From positions 55,738,001 through 55,802,000 of the forward strand of contig NC_043009.1 in NCBI RefSeq assembly GCF_006345805.1: DNA of 64,000 nucleotides, in the 5' to 3' direction. This stretch comes from Octopus sinensis (taxonomy: Eukaryota). The translations under genes and the position numbers were made by a program. The notes beneath the pieces were generated by a model, which had not been told where the DNA came from, did not search any database, and worked only from the letters and a program-made list of their open reading frames with translations. Below are positions 38,657 through 51,617 of the stretch, piece after piece (the first letter of the stretch is position 1; each line of letters begins with the position of its first letter).

Positions 38657-39446
38657 CATTGCTAGCTTTCCATACTTTGTGATTTTGGCATTGCTAGTTT
38701 TCCATACTATGTGATTTTGGCATTGCTAGCTTTCCATACTTTGTGATTTTGGCATTGGTAGCTTTCCATACTTTGTGATTTTGGCACTGCTAGCTTTCCA
38801 TACTTTGTGATTTTGGCACTGCTAGCTTTCCATACTTTGTGATTTTGGCACTGCTAGCTTTCCATACTTTGTGATTTTGGCACTGATAGCTTTCCATACT
38901 TTGTGATTTTGGCACTGATAGCTTTCCATACTTTGTGATTTTGGCACTGCTAGCTTTCCATACTTTGCGATTTTGGCACTGCTAGCTTTCCATAGTGTGT
39001 GATTTTGGCATTGCTAGCTTTCCATACTTTGTGATTTTGGCACTGCTAGCTTTCCATAGTTTGTGATTTTGGCACTGCTAGCTTTCCATACTTTGTGATT
39101 TTGGCACTGCTAGCTTTCCATACTTTGTGATTTTGGCACCGATGGGTTTCCATACTTTGTGATTTTGGCGCCGATGGGTTTCCATACTTTGTGATTTTGG
39201 CACCGCCGGCTTTCCATACTTTGCGATTTTGGCACCGCCGGCTTTCCATACTTTGCGATTTTGGCGCCACTGGCTTTCCATACTTTGCGATTTTGGCGCC
39301 GCCGGCTTTCCATACTTTGCGATTTTGGCGCTGCCGGCTTTCCATACCTTGCGATTTTGGCGCCGCCGGCTTTCCATACTTTGCGATTTTGGTGCCGCTG
39401 GCTTTCCATACTTTCTGATTTTGGCATTGCTAGTTTTCTATACTTT
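38657..39446. repeat. 32-bp minisatellite, about 24-25 units
   Basis: Unit GTGATTTTGGCACTGCTAGCTTTCCATACTTT and CpG-rich variant GCGATTTTGGCGCCGCCGGCTTTCCATACTTT. Confidence 0.95.
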
Positions 39447-41282
39447 CTGTTAGTCCCTCATTTGCAAACTTAAATCTTAAATATACATTAACTATATGAA
39501 GATATGATCTACTGGTGGTCAGTAATGTAGTGACTTTTTTTTTAAAAGGACTTATATAAAATGAAAAATGAAAAACATTGGTTTACATGATATTAAGTTC
39601 CACAAGTGTACAAACGTACATGCGAGTCCAGGCCATAATTTCGACTGTGACACGTATAAAGTATTACGTTCAGAAATAGTTAAGAATCGAATGCTAAATA
39701 TGATTGGCCGGTGCATTTAAATTTCAATTGTCTTTGTTACGGTTGGTTTGTTAAGAAACACCCACACACGCAAATGTGCACCCATACACACATACACGGA
39801 CAAACCACAACACAGGAGATACCAGCCCACACACACACATTTACATACAAATCTACTCACATATAGCCATAAAAATACATACATGCAAGCACACAGACAC
39901 CCACACCCAGTCGATGTATCATAAGATACATAATTAAAATAACACCATATATTTCGTAAATGGTTTAATAAATTATGTGATTGGGTATTATCTGGTAGTT
40001 GATCATTGATTAAGATGTGTTTCTCCATTTTCTTATTTTGTATATATATATATATATATCATCATCATCATCGTTTAACGTCCGTTCTCCATGCTAGCAT
40101 GGGTTGGACGGTTCGACTGGGGATCTGGGAAGCCAGAAGGCTGCACCAGGCTCCAGTCTTTTCTGGCAATGTTTCTACAGCTGGATGCCCTTCCTAACAC
40201 CAACCACTCCGTGAGTGTAGTGGATGCTTTTTACGTGCTACCCGCACAGATGCCAGGCGAGGCTGGCAACGGCCATGGTCGGATTGGTGCATTTTACGTG
40301 CCACCGGCACGGAAGCCAGACACAGAAAGAAAGTGAGAGAGTCCAGTGGATGAGTAGATTTGTATGTTTTCTACATCTGGAAGGAAAAAAAGTTTGTGTA
40401 ACTGCTTCTTGTATATATTTTCACCAATGATTGCTCTTCAGTCCTTCCCACACTAATAAATTGCTACCATAATTATTAATTACAACAGTGGCCCTGACGA
40501 TTGTTGTTCAGTGGCACGGGATAAACTTAATTAAATACATATGCATTAGTAGGATGACAAAAATTTCTGAACATCATACCAGTCCTCATTAGTGATAGGG
40601 GTGGTGGGATCTAAGTTTCTTGGAGATATATTAGCAGAAAGATATAAACATATTTATGCATACACTTCTAAGATACACATAGAAGCATAAACATATGTGT
40701 ATGGTATGTATCTAGGAATATGTGATTAAGCTTGAATTAATACAGCATCTTAGTGGCATAATATGTGCATGCGTGGAGTAAGAGTCCTATATAAGTCTCT
40801 AGGGGAGAGGGGTCCTATGAATAATTATGATGGTTGAGGTTCAGAACATACAGTTTTCAGAATGAGATCCATGTCATAGCACTTGTTAAAGAATACATCA
40901 AGACAAACGTTATGAAATTCAGTGTTGAGGTAGAGTGAGTGTTTTGCAAGGTACAATTTGCAAGTACTCGACCACTTTTTATTTATAAAATGCAAAAAAA
41001 CGATACGTGAATATATGTCAATACATGAAAGGGATTTAAATATTTATATTTTAGAAAAATGACAATGAAAGGCAAAAACTTAGAAGCCATTGTTACTTTG
41101 AAATAGATATATACACATACATACATGTATATATGTTACAGTCTAAGATATATATACATTTATATATATATATATATACATATAAGAAATATGGTATGGT
41201 CCAATGATGCCTATTTTTATAAAATATGCATTAATCAATATTATTAACCCTCTTCTTCTCTCCTTTCCTCCTTGTAGAGTGT

Positions 41283-41386
41283 TTAGGTTTCCTTGTGATT
41301 CTCATGAAGTTGTCGTCGAGCCTCTTCAATAATTTTTATAATGGACAAAGTATCGGAATGGACGTGAGCAGGACATTCAAGCTGAC
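41283..41386 (-). CDS. DHDH: DHDH paralogue A, terminal exon 7 (GQLECPAHVHSDTLSIIKIIEEARRQLHENHKET*)
   Basis: CCTAAAG acceptor, 104 nt ending in TAA; the seven exons sum to 990 nt (329 aa + stop) with no internal stop. Confidence 0.92.
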
Positions 41387-41588
41387 CTTTAGGAAAGAGG
41401 AAAAATAATTTTTTTTAAAACACAAAAATATAATAGAATTTCTAATTATGTAGTAAGAAAATATTGATTACAAAATGTTTTGCATGTTGTTTATGCCATA
41501 AGAATTTAGAAACTTCAAGAAACATGAAATGATTTTTTTCTAATGGTCGGACTTGAAGTAGATAAAGCTATAATGTGTAAATATCAGG

Positions 41589-41816
41589 TTAACCCTTAAG
41601 CATTTACATTATTCTGTCTAAAGTAATGCTTACTTATTCACATTGTTTTGAATTAATCATGCATTATTTTGAAGCTTTCAGATTCTGATGTGGTTACAGT
41701 TAATATTTAGAATTATATTGTAGGGTTGGTGTGAGAAGCCAGATCCAACCAGTCTGTGCATAAAACAGGTAGGACATTTTGGTCAGAAATGGTCATTTTA
41801 AATGCCAAAGGGTTAA
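41589..41816. mobile_element. TTAA-flanked MITE family (other copies 1368-1577, 38367-38592 and interrupted 46323-46923)
   Basis: TTAA-CCCTT(T/A)AGCATTT ... AAATGC(T/C)AAAGGG-TTAA with colinear interiors. Confidence 0.75.
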
Positions 41817-42067
41817 AAAAAACCCTTAGATAAAAAATGTTGATGGTTGTGTGATGGTTCTGTGAACATGACAGACAGTCTATCTTTGTACCAAAGCAAT
41901 CCTTTGAATCTCTCTCCATTTTAAATACTTTGTTCTTACCAGTAAGTTGTATGTTATTTATTTACATCATAAGCCCATGTTGACATACAAAGGTAGTTTA
42001 CTTTGGTGTAATCCAGTTAATTGGAAGACTTCTTATTACAAAAAGATAGAAATTATAAAACACTTAC

Positions 42068-42218
42068 CTTTCTCAAAACATTGGCGAACACAATCAGCTT
42101 GGTAAGCTAATCCAGCGCTGTTGGGGTAATTATACGTAGCATTGGATTTGGGGAGTGGAAATTCTCTTTCTTCTCCATTCACCTCAATTTTGTTGGCACC
42201 CCAAAATGGTGGACATAC
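42068..42218 (-). CDS. DHDH: DHDH paralogue A, exon 6 (VCPPFWGAN...EFPLP...NYPNSAGLAYQADCVRQCFEK)
   Basis: TTTTAACAG acceptor, GTAAGT donor, 151 nt; PFW, EFPLP and NxPNSxGLxYxA motifs. Confidence 0.93.
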
Positions 42219-42445
42219 CTGTTAAAATAGGAATGTATGATATATTCATTACGATAGTTTAGCTAATTTTCGTGACTGTTAATATTACAAAAGATTTCAT
42301 GCAATAGTTTTATCAAGAAACTATTGATTAATAAATGTTGTATTTCATACAATAATTATAATATCATTTAAATTTAAATTCTAGATTAACTAACAATAAA
42401 TTTTAAGTCCAAAAATATTTATCATTCAATCAAGAGATTACTTAC

Positions 42446-42570
42446 ATAAATTTTGCCTTTAGTTCCATAAATATATGCATCAGTTCTTCCTGTTACAGCA
42501 GTATTGTAGGACAAAGAGGCTCTGGCACCATCCTTATAAGTCAGAATAATATTGGCAGACTGGTCAACAC
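42446..42570 (-). CDS. DHDH: DHDH paralogue A, exon 5 (GVDQSANIILTYKDG...GTKGKIY)
   Basis: AG acceptor, GTAAGT donor, 125 nt; GVD and GTKG motifs. Confidence 0.93.
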
Positions 42571-42643
42571 CTTTTCCAAATGAAACAATATTATTTCTTA
42601 TTTTGCATTGCTAAACACTGATTGCTATTATAAATAAAAAATA

Positions 42644-42893
42644 AATGCGCCTTTTTAAAGCCTAGCCAGGCTCATGGACCCAGTTTCCCAGTTTCTATGG
42701 TGTATGTGTTCCCCAGCTGGACGGGACGCCAGTCCATCGCAGCGTTACTCATTTTTGCCAGCTGCGTGGACTGGAGCAACGTGAAGTAAAATGTTTTGCT
42801 CAAGAACAAAACATGTCACCTGGTCCAGGAATCGAAACCACAATCTTACGATCATGATGCTGACACCCTAACCACTAAGCCACACGCCTCCAC
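42644..42893 (-). mobile_element. tRNA-derived SINE, family S3, in DHDH-A intron 4
   Basis: Full-length match to 810-1037; A and B boxes present. Confidence 0.85.
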
Positions 42894-43817
42894 GATTGCT
42901 AATACACAGTACTGTAAAAGACCTGACCACCTACGCAAGCATGACAAAACATAAGATGAAATGGTGGGTGGTGATGGAAGCTGGAATATATATATAATAT
43001 GATATTCAGTCATTTCAAGGATGTCATGTCCTCATTAGGGATTAATAAATCCAAAATTTCACTGTTTAACCTCCATCACATTAGAAGAAAATATATATTA
43101 AATTGATAGATACATCTCTTAACAGCTAGATAATTCAAACTTGAGTCTATACTAACATATATTGTACATAAACAATTAAATTTGATTTGATATGATTCAA
43201 CGACCACGAATACATGGATATTTACTTGTATCTATTAGATACAATAGAAATTATACAGTTACAATGGTTTATTTAATGTTCTTTATTTTGTATCTATTTT
43301 TTAAAATTTATTTTTATTACATAATTATTTTTCCTTACAGACCCACCATTATTTAATTATTTATATTTTAAAATTCCTTTTTATTCTATCTTTATTTTTT
43401 TTTACTTACTTGAATTTAACATTCACGAATACATACACACAATATACAAGTTATAAATTTTTAAAGTTCCTTAGTTTTTGATTTGAATCCCTTCAAGAAA
43501 AATGTAACCTTCGTTTTACAAAAACAAAAACAAAAAAAAAACTCTGAAGAGGTTCTGCCCCCACACAGATTAAAATGATAACCAATTCTTAGCATTGGAT
43601 TTGACCCAAATGCTCCAAATTATGCATTACTAAGGGGCCATAATTGAAATATATGCAGGTTTTTTTAATTTCTTTCATACTTTTAAAAAGTTTATTTGTA
43701 TTTAAATTTTAACTTCAACTATACATCCTCAACTCTCCACTTTCTTACCTTATTGATATATAATATAATCTATATATAAAGTCCGTCATATATATATATA
43801 TATGTAATAAAAAATAA

Positions 43818-44064
43818 AATAAATGCAACCTTTTAAAGCCTAGCCAGGTTCATGGGCCCGGCTTCACGGTTTCTATGGCGTATGTGTTCCCCAGCTGGAC
43901 AGGACGCCAGTCCATCGCAGCGTTACTCAATTTTGCCAGCTGAGTGGACTGGAGCAACATGAAATGAAGTGTGTTCTGCTCAAGAATACAACACGTCGCC
44001 CGGTCCAAGAATCGAAACCACAATCTTATGATCATGATGCTGACAGCCTAACCACTGAGCCAAG
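43818..44064 (-). mobile_element. tRNA-derived SINE, family S3, in DHDH-A intron 4
   Basis: Match to 42644-42893, slightly 5'-clipped. Confidence 0.85.
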
Positions 44065-44096
44065 TGTATGTATATATATATATATATATATATATA

Positions 44097-44475
44097 CTAG
44101 CAGTATCGCCCGGCGTTGCTCAGGTTTGTAAGGGAAATAACTATAAAGCATTTTAGAGAGTTATAGCCAAAAATAGCAAAAAAATGGAAAAAAATGATGG
44201 TAAATTTCTTTGATAGTTAAAAAGGTGGAGTTGCGTCCCCTACACAGTTTGTGGTTTGTGTTCCTGATTCTCGACCCCATGTCGAATTTATCGACTTTTT
44301 TCAGAACTGGGGAACTTTTCAAAATTTTCGCTGCGTTAGTTTTGAATTATGACATTGGGCTATGTGTGTGTCAAGTTTCACCAGAATCGGTTGAAAGCCG
44401 TGGTCAGGGTGAGGGTACAAGCAAACAGACACACAGAAACACGCACAGACAAACTGCCGTTTATATAGAGAGAGA
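44097..44475 (-). mobile_element. Non-autonomous Helitron
   Basis: Minus strand 5' a|TC..., 3' CCTGAGCAACGCCGGG hairpin then CTAG|t; 3' ~110 bp shared with 50965-51337. Confidence 0.75.
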
Positions 44476-44880
44476 TGATGGACTTCAGCCAACCAAATTC
44501 ATTAATGGTCAACCCAAAACTATAACTGAAGACACTTACCCACGGTTTTGTGCAGTGGGATTGAATTCAGAACAATGTGATTTTAAAACCAACTTTTTAA
44601 CCACATATCCATGCCTGCACATAAATATGACTATTTATGTAAAGTAGAATATGTCACATACTGGGTGGTGTGTTAACTCTCGATTACTCAGTCTTATAGG
44701 ATAAAGTAAGAAATCACAGTTTATATCTTCCTCTTCACCAATAACCATCATGTAGCTGCATATCATTCATTCTTTCTCTCTTTCCTTTCTTCAATTATCC
44801 ATTCTTGTTCTAACTTTTAGTTCTCAAAAAATTATCAATATCCTTAAGCAGCATGAAACCTTTATTATTGATATACTTAC

Positions 44881-45130
44881 CTGTATCAGCAATTGTTCCA
44901 ACAGCAGTAATTGTCTCGGGTTTCTCTCTGAATATGAAGTTTGCAAGCCATATTGTATATACACCAATTTCCAAGATACCACCACCACCCAAAGAGCGCT
45001 GAGAAATACGTGGCTTTGAAAATATGTCGACAAAAAATGCAACATCTAAGTAGCGTATCTTTCCTATGGTTCCAGACTCAATTTCTTTTCTAATAGCTGC
45101 GTAAGCTGGGAAGAAGTTAGACCACAAACC
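44881..45130 (-). CDS. DHDH: DHDH paralogue A, exon 4 (GLWSNFFPAY...LGGGGILEIGVY...GTIADT)
   Basis: TTTCAG acceptor, GTAAGT donor, 250 nt; WxxFFP and LGGGxxL(D/E)IGVY motifs. Confidence 0.94.
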
Positions 45131-45879
45131 CTGAAAGTAAAACATTTATGTGGAAGGTAAAAATAAATAAATAACAAGAGAGAGAGAGAGAGAGAGAGTG
45201 CAATAAGAATAAAAGAGAAAGGCATATAAATAAAGTGAAGGGGAGAAAGACATGCAAATTTAAATTTTCCTTTCACTAAACTGTAAGCTGCAAAAGTCCC
45301 TGATGGTTATCCAGAAGGAAGAGGTATTTTTAATGAGAATTAATCATAATGTTTTGGTCCTTGATGTATGATCCCTACCTAAAAGTTGCGGAACTAACAC
45401 AATGTCTATTGGTTCTATTTGAGTCAACATGACTTTGAGCGACAAGATATTCAACCTTGTTGCAATTGACTACAAAGTAAATAAGGACAATCCTTTATAA
45501 AGTAATCCAAGCAAACGAATATGTACTGACAGAGAGAAAAGAAAATTTTTAGTATTGTTTGAAATGGAATTTTTGACTCAGGTAATCTTCAAAAGGCCTT
45601 CTGATATATGGTGAAAAGGGAACATGGGGGAAAATTGGTTGAGATACATTGCTTTATGTCATTACTTAGCCAACTAGAAAGAGAAACCAAACTGTCCCAA
45701 ATCACAACCTAGGATCTTAAAAAAGAACACATCAGACAATGAAGCTTCAAATAATACTGCCTCTGAAAAAAGGGGGGAAGGTCACAGTGGGAAAGATCTT
45801 GATCATTAATTTACTTGATTATGGCTGATGCAGGGTTAAAAAACAGTATATCAACATTCACCATTTCAGTAGAAACCCT

Positions 45880-46310
45880 TTCATCATCATCATTGTTCGA
45901 CCATGGTCGAGACAATGGAATTTACCATGCTACGCCAGACTTCATGGTTCATCATAGCATTACGGAGGTCCTGTTGCTGGATGCCTGTATCCCTGGAGAT
46001 TACATCAGGGTAGGAGAGTGCGCACCCTCTGGTATTGCGAGTAGATGGCTTCCAGAGGAGAAGAGTAGAAATTACTTCTTTTTCAGCTCTACAACAATGT
46101 CCAGCAAACTGGACTCTCCTACCTTTCACAAGAGATGACACAGGCGGTAGTTTACAATATATTTGCATTTTGGTTGGATGGTGCTTCCACGAGAGATTTT
46201 GAGCTCTCATAAGGAGGCGAGTGTAGGTTCCATCCAACCGCCTCTCAAGCTTCTTTGATAACGTCCAGGTTTCTGAGCCATATAGTAGAATTGGTTCGAC
46301 TGTGGCTTTG
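45880..46310 (-). mobile_element. RTE-like LINE 3' fragment in DHDH-A intron 3
   Basis: DGTYTRLLMRAQNLSWKHHPT...RRVQFAGHCCRA...WRSMV, then (ATG)n tail. Confidence 0.8.
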
Positions 46311-46932
46311 AAGATTTCAGAAACCCTTTAGCATTCAGTCTACTCTGTTAAATGTAATGCTTCTTTATTCACATTGTTTTGAATTAACCATGCATTATCT
46401 CGTAGCTTTAGTAGTAGTAGTAGTAGTGGGGGTGGTGGTGATGGTGGTAACAGCAACAACATTTGTGCAATTGAAAGACACCTTATTTGCAGACTTATAA
46501 CTGCAAGGGCTATGTTATGGTAAGGGAGCTTTCATCTGTAGCTGGTGGAGGGTCACAAGAGTCTCGCCTCTCAGCCTGTAATGCTTCGTCTGAGTTTCAC
46601 CTGCAGTCTCTCGTCAACCACAACCATCTTGAGCTGGTTAAATAAAGTTGGCGTAAACAAAGAAATAATTAAAGAAAGAATGATAGCAGTCGCAGTCGTG
46701 GATTCCTTTTATCATCAGTAGCAGTTGATGTTGCTTAGCCCCAGGTCAGCCTGATCGCGCTGATCGTTCCAGTCGCAATCATTTTCTGTTTTGTTTTTAT
46801 GATTATATAATTTTAGAATGACATTGGAGGATAGGTATGAGGGCTCAGATCTAGCCAGTTTGAACATAAAACAGGTAGAACTTTTGGGGCTGGATAGGGC
46901 TGGCTTAAATGCTAAAAGGTTAAATGACGTAC

Positions 46933-47096
46933 CTCCATAAAAAATAATTTCTGTGATTTTGCAAGTTCAAGCATTTCCACTGTCTCTTTCAGATTATTAC
47001 CGCAGGTTTTCTCACACAGAACTGGTTTGCCATTGTTAAGCATGAGAACGGAAAGAGGATGATGGTAGCAGTTGATGGTTGAAAGGTATACCAAAT
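46933..47096 (-). CDS. DHDH: DHDH paralogue A, exon 3 (DLVYLSTINCYHH...GKPVLCEKTCG...LFFME)
   Basis: CTCTCACAG acceptor, GTACGT donor, 164 nt; GKxVLCEK and LFxME motifs. Confidence 0.93.
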
Positions 47097-47429
47097 CTGT
47101 GAGAGACATAGAATAAAATTACTATTTTTAGATTCAAAGGAATTTATTTATTTCATTCATTTTATGATAAACAGTAATAAATGATTTTTAGACATGGTCT
47201 ATATACACACAGACACACACTTGTTGGATGCCAGGTGTATGTATGTGCATACACACACACACAGATACAAACACATGTAAATACACACATAACATCATAC
47301 ATATGCTTTCCATGCCGGCATGAGTTGGATGGTTAAGTGTCTGAGTCAGTTCTTATTCACAATTATTTCCCTTCTAGGTGGGCTGGAGGATCACTTCTTG
47401 TTTGTATGTTCCAATTTGAATTAGCTTCT

Positions 47430-47661
47430 TATTTCTTTATTGCCCACAAGGGGCTAAACATAGAGGGGACAAACAAGGACATACAAACGGATTAAGTCGA
47501 TTACATCAACCCCAGTGCGTAACTGGTACTTAATTTATCGACCCCGAAAGGATGAAAGGCAAAGTCGACCTCGGCGGAATTTGAACTCAGAACGTAACGG
47601 CAGAAGAAATACTGCTAAGCATTTCGCCCGGGGTGCTAACGTTTCTGCCAGCTCACCGCCT
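47430..47661 (-). mobile_element. SINE family S2 in DHDH-A intron 2, with 17-bp TSD
   Basis: TSD AATTTGAATTAGCTTCT at 47413-47429 and 47662-47678. Confidence 0.9.
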
Positions 47662-47923
47662 AATTTGAATTAGCTTCTGTTTCCTAACACCAACTAATTT
47701 ACAGTGTGTTCATTCAATCATTCATACACAAACACATACATATGTATGGACTACTGGCATGGTCTGTTAGATCAGTTATCTTGTGCTAAGTATTACAGTG
47801 AAATTTATTAAAACTGAATTTTGTTTAAGAACAAAACTGATTAAAATAAAATAGAATATCTAAGAAGTTCATAAAATAATATAAAAGATTTGCAACCAGG
47901 TTTAGACTAAAATTATTTCATAC

Positions 47924-48035
47924 CTATGTTGGGATCTTTGGCAAATTCTTCATAGCTGTCATATACATTTGGTATCTTAAATTCTTCAGCATATTTCTTA
48001 GCCTTCTCTAAAGACTTGGATACCACAGCAGTTAT
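47924..48035 (-). CDS. DHDH: DHDH paralogue A, exon 2 (ITAVVSKSLEKAKKYAEEFKIPNVYDSYEEFAKDPNI)
   Basis: TTTTATTCAG acceptor, GTATGA donor, 112 nt, frame continuous; matches the family segment AVAxRxxxxAxxFAxxxxIPxxYxSYEELAKDP. Confidence 0.92.
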
Positions 48036-48439
48036 CTGAATAAAAAAAAACAAAATAATTTCACGTATAATTGAGTTATACATTGGAATGTTGATAGTTG
48101 ATAATGTACATAAATAAATAAGGATTTATAAATATATTGATATAATAATAATAACATTCTTTCTTTATTAAATCTCAGAACGAGATGTAAACAGTAACCG
48201 CTAGACAATGTAAAGTATAAAAGCCATCTCAAATGGCTAACCACAAAGGGGGGGGGGGGGGGGTTACTGTAGCTTTTTAGCCCCAGGAGATCATCGTCTC
48301 CAGCTGGCTTTAAACACACTTTCTGTGCCCTTAAAGTATTTGCAAAGGGAGGCCATCCCTTCCTCGTAAGCCTGAGTGATACGTACCGGACCGGTTTTGA
48401 GATTATTGTCTCTTATCAACAGGCGGTAATCACCAGGTC

Positions 48440-49220
48440 ACGATGAAAGACAAGGCCTGCCTGCAAATATATAAGGGTTTTTCTAGTGACGTCTGCCACT
48501 CGCTTCATGCAGAATAATACTGTGAAGACTGAGCTACAGCCGAGCCAGGAGCTGTCCAGTACAACGAAAGGAAAGAAGATTTTCCACGTTTTGGACAATT
48601 CCTTCAAGCAGAACGAACTGGATTGGGGGAAGTTAGTTGGATGCACGACAGATGGGGCACCATCGGTCGAAAATCAGGTTTTCAAGCCCATGTCAAAGCA
48701 GTGTCACTAAACGCCACCGTTGTCCATTGTTTCATACATAGATTCAACCTTTGTGCTCAGATGCTCCCTCCGAAGTTTTTATCATGCTTGAATTGAGCTA
48801 TCAGAATCGGGAATTTCGTCAAAACGTCGACTCAGAATACTTGGCCGTTCAAGCTACTCTGCGTAGATTTCGGCTCCGATCACATCTATCTCCTCTACCA
48901 CACAGAGGTTTGTTGGCTCTCCCGGGTTAATGCAGAGAAGGAACGCGACTTTCAAAAAGATCCGGAGGACGAAGAGTTTATCTCAAGGTTGAACTACCTG
49001 TCGGGCATTTTTAGAGCCCTCAACCATTTAAACCTGTCGTTTCAAGGATCCAGCTCTACTGTCAAAGAGTTCATCACGAAGCTGGTAGCATTTGTCCGGA
49101 AGTTGGATCTGTGGTTGAAGAACATGGAGAGCAAACACTACAGAACGTTCAAACTCCTGACTACACTTGACAGCGAGCCCAATTTGAATGCCTTTAATCA
49201 CAACTTGGTGGAATTTCAGA
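48440..49220 (+). mobile_element. hAT (Charlie/Buster, ZBED8-like) transposase relic in DHDH-A intron 1
   Basis: ELSSTTKGKKIF...LDWGKLVGCTTDGAPS, HCFIHR, LLYHTEVCWLSR, YLSGIFRALNHLNLSFQG; frameshifted. Confidence 0.85.
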
Positions 49221-50267
49221 ATAGCTGTTGTGCATAAATCGGAATTTTTCTGGTTTAATTTTTTCACAGGGCAAACTTTTTTGGGGGAATCTGTTTTCCA
49301 AACGTTTGTGCACCCCTACCTTTTCATCACGCCTTCGAAATAGCATCCTCTGCCATGTGAAAGCATTCCATTATTATGAAACATCAATAATCTGCATTTT
49401 TAGAGAAATAATTTCATAAACCTTCTTCACCTCTTTAATGTACTTTTCCATTTATCTGGCTGTGAATCTCACAAACTTTTCAGTTGGTTCTCCTCTCGCT
49501 TCACATCAGTTTACACACCCCGTTCTTTCTTTTCATTTATACATGCACACAATTAAACTTACTCGGACCTTCTTGTACCCAACGCCAGCCCATCACGCTG
49601 TTCTCCAGCTACTGATTTTCACCTTTACGTGGGAGTGTGAGCAGGGGTTCTCATATAGGTATTCTTTTTCTTGGGGCAAATTCTTTGATGACCAGTGTTA
49701 TTCTTATCGTAGTTTACAAATCCAAGTATGAAAACGTTACTCAACTTCGAAGTTTTGGAGACAGACGACCCTTTTTCATACACACACACACACATCCACT
49801 TATATATTAATGATGTACACAAATACATGAGAGGTAGTCATGATACTGAAATACGCATAAAGTAAACGCATGCAGACAAATATATTAATATTACAAATTT
49901 AAAATAATAATAATAATAACGTACAATCAATGAAAAGACAAAAGAAAAACAATAAAATGAGACATGATATTTCTGTTTATTTAGAAACCTACAATGAAGA
50001 GACGCTAAACTATAAATTACATAGAGTTGTATGACCTTAAAGTTGACAGCGCTCCACCTAATGCAGAAAATTTCTGTCTCGCTATAAATACACAGTTTTG
50101 CAATTTTTAAACTTCTGTAACTTTTTCCCCTATTTTTTTTTCTCTCCACAGCATCATATCAATTAGACTGGAAAACTGTATTATTATAGCCGAATTTCAG
50201 GTTTTTTACCGTCTTTTAAAAAAATGCATATTTTGCGAATGAAAAAAACTAGATCCGTATGCATATA

Positions 50268-50654
50268 TACTCTTGACTCTTTTACTTGTTTCAGTCATTT
50301 GACTGTGGCCATGCTGGAGCACCACCTTTGGTCGAGCAAATCGACCCCAGGACTTATTCTTTGTAAGCCTAGTACTTATTATATCGGTCTCTTTTGCCGA
50401 ACCGCTAAGTTACGGGGGACGTAAACACACCAGCATCGGCTGTCAAGCAATGTTGGGGGGACAAACACAGACACACAAACACACATATATACGACGGGCT
50501 TCTTCAGTTTCCGTCTACCAAATCCACTCACAAGGCTTTGGTCAGCCCGAGGCCATAGCAGAAGACACTTGCCCAAGGTGCCACGCAGTGGGACTGAACC
50601 CGGAACCATGTGGTTCGTAAGCAAGCTACTTACCACACAGCCACTCCTACGCCT
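50268..50654 (-). mobile_element. SINE family S1 in DHDH-A intron 1
   Basis: Colinear with 15601-16057. Confidence 0.85.
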
Positions 50655-50964
50655 ATATATACAAAAATCCATACATATATACACAGTATAGACACAGATA
50701 TCTACGAATAAATCAAGACACACATGCACACTGATGAAAGCTATCTGAGCAAAATTAAAGGGGGTGCTCATTTTACGAATGAAAAAGATTAGATCCACGC
50801 ATACTTATAGATGTTTTAGAAAGTATATATATATTACATATGTATATGTACATATACTCGAGTGTGAGTCCGTCTGTTTGCGTGAATTTGTATGAAGAGA
50901 TATGTCTGTCAACAACAGTGAGGGGGACGAAACATTTGAAAGACATTTTTGTTTTTATTTAAAA

Positions 50965-51337
50965 CTAGCAGTATCGCCCGGCGTTGCTCGGGTTTGTAAG
51001 GGAAATAACTATATAAGCATTTTTAGAGAGTTATAGCCAAAAAGTAGCAAAAAAAATGGAAAAAAAAGGTAAATTTTTTTTTAAATCGTTGACTCATCGT
51101 AGACATTTTTAGAGAGTTACTTCCCTTATATAATAGCGAAAAAATGCATTAAAATGGAAAAAAATGATGGTAAATTATTTTTAAAATCGTAGACGCGCGC
51201 TAATACCCAGAAGGGCTCGATATGAATCACGACTATAAGATACCCGCTTTTGGTTACACTGCACCGCAAAATGTGGGAGTAGTTAGGAATCTAAATCGTA
51301 GGAGACAGATACACAACTTCACTTTTATATATAAAGA
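50965..51337 (-). mobile_element. Non-autonomous Helitron
   Basis: 5' a|TCTTTATATAT, 3' CCCGAGCAACGCCGGG hairpin 8 nt before CTAG|t. Confidence 0.8.
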
Positions 51338-51617
51338 TTTGCTCACACCACCGCAGTGTTTAAAAATTTAGGATACTATAAAAAAAAAGTTGAAAGACAC
51401 CCGGGGACAAAAGAAAAATCGGAAGCAATTCTGATTTATGCGTCACAGCTATTTCGAAAGTTTGCGCAGCTGCCTATAACTTTGCTCACTTAGAGCTGGG
51501 CAAAAGTGAAACGACTTGTAGGGTTTCGTAGTTTGTGTATTGAAAAATCCTTTAAGTGAAGGGTATCAATTACTGAACTGAAACTGAATAAATAAACGAG
51601 AGGAAAAAAAAACAAAG

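Noticed and set aside
38657-39446. CRISPR-like appearance (constant 21-nt core plus variable ~11 nt); same for 29070-29268
   Set aside because: Eukaryotic context, no cas genes, and the variable parts are mutational variants of one sequence or short AT-rich linkers rather than unique spacers.
39046-39473. Repetitive basic ORFs (MESRRRQNRKVWKAG...)
   Set aside because: A by-product of a 32-bp unit read in rotating frames; variation follows CpG decay, not codon structure.
49625-49828. ORF ending ...NTGHQ as a candidate DHDH exon 1
   Set aside because: No donor after HQ and no GxGxI motif; the true exon 1 is 51911-51994.
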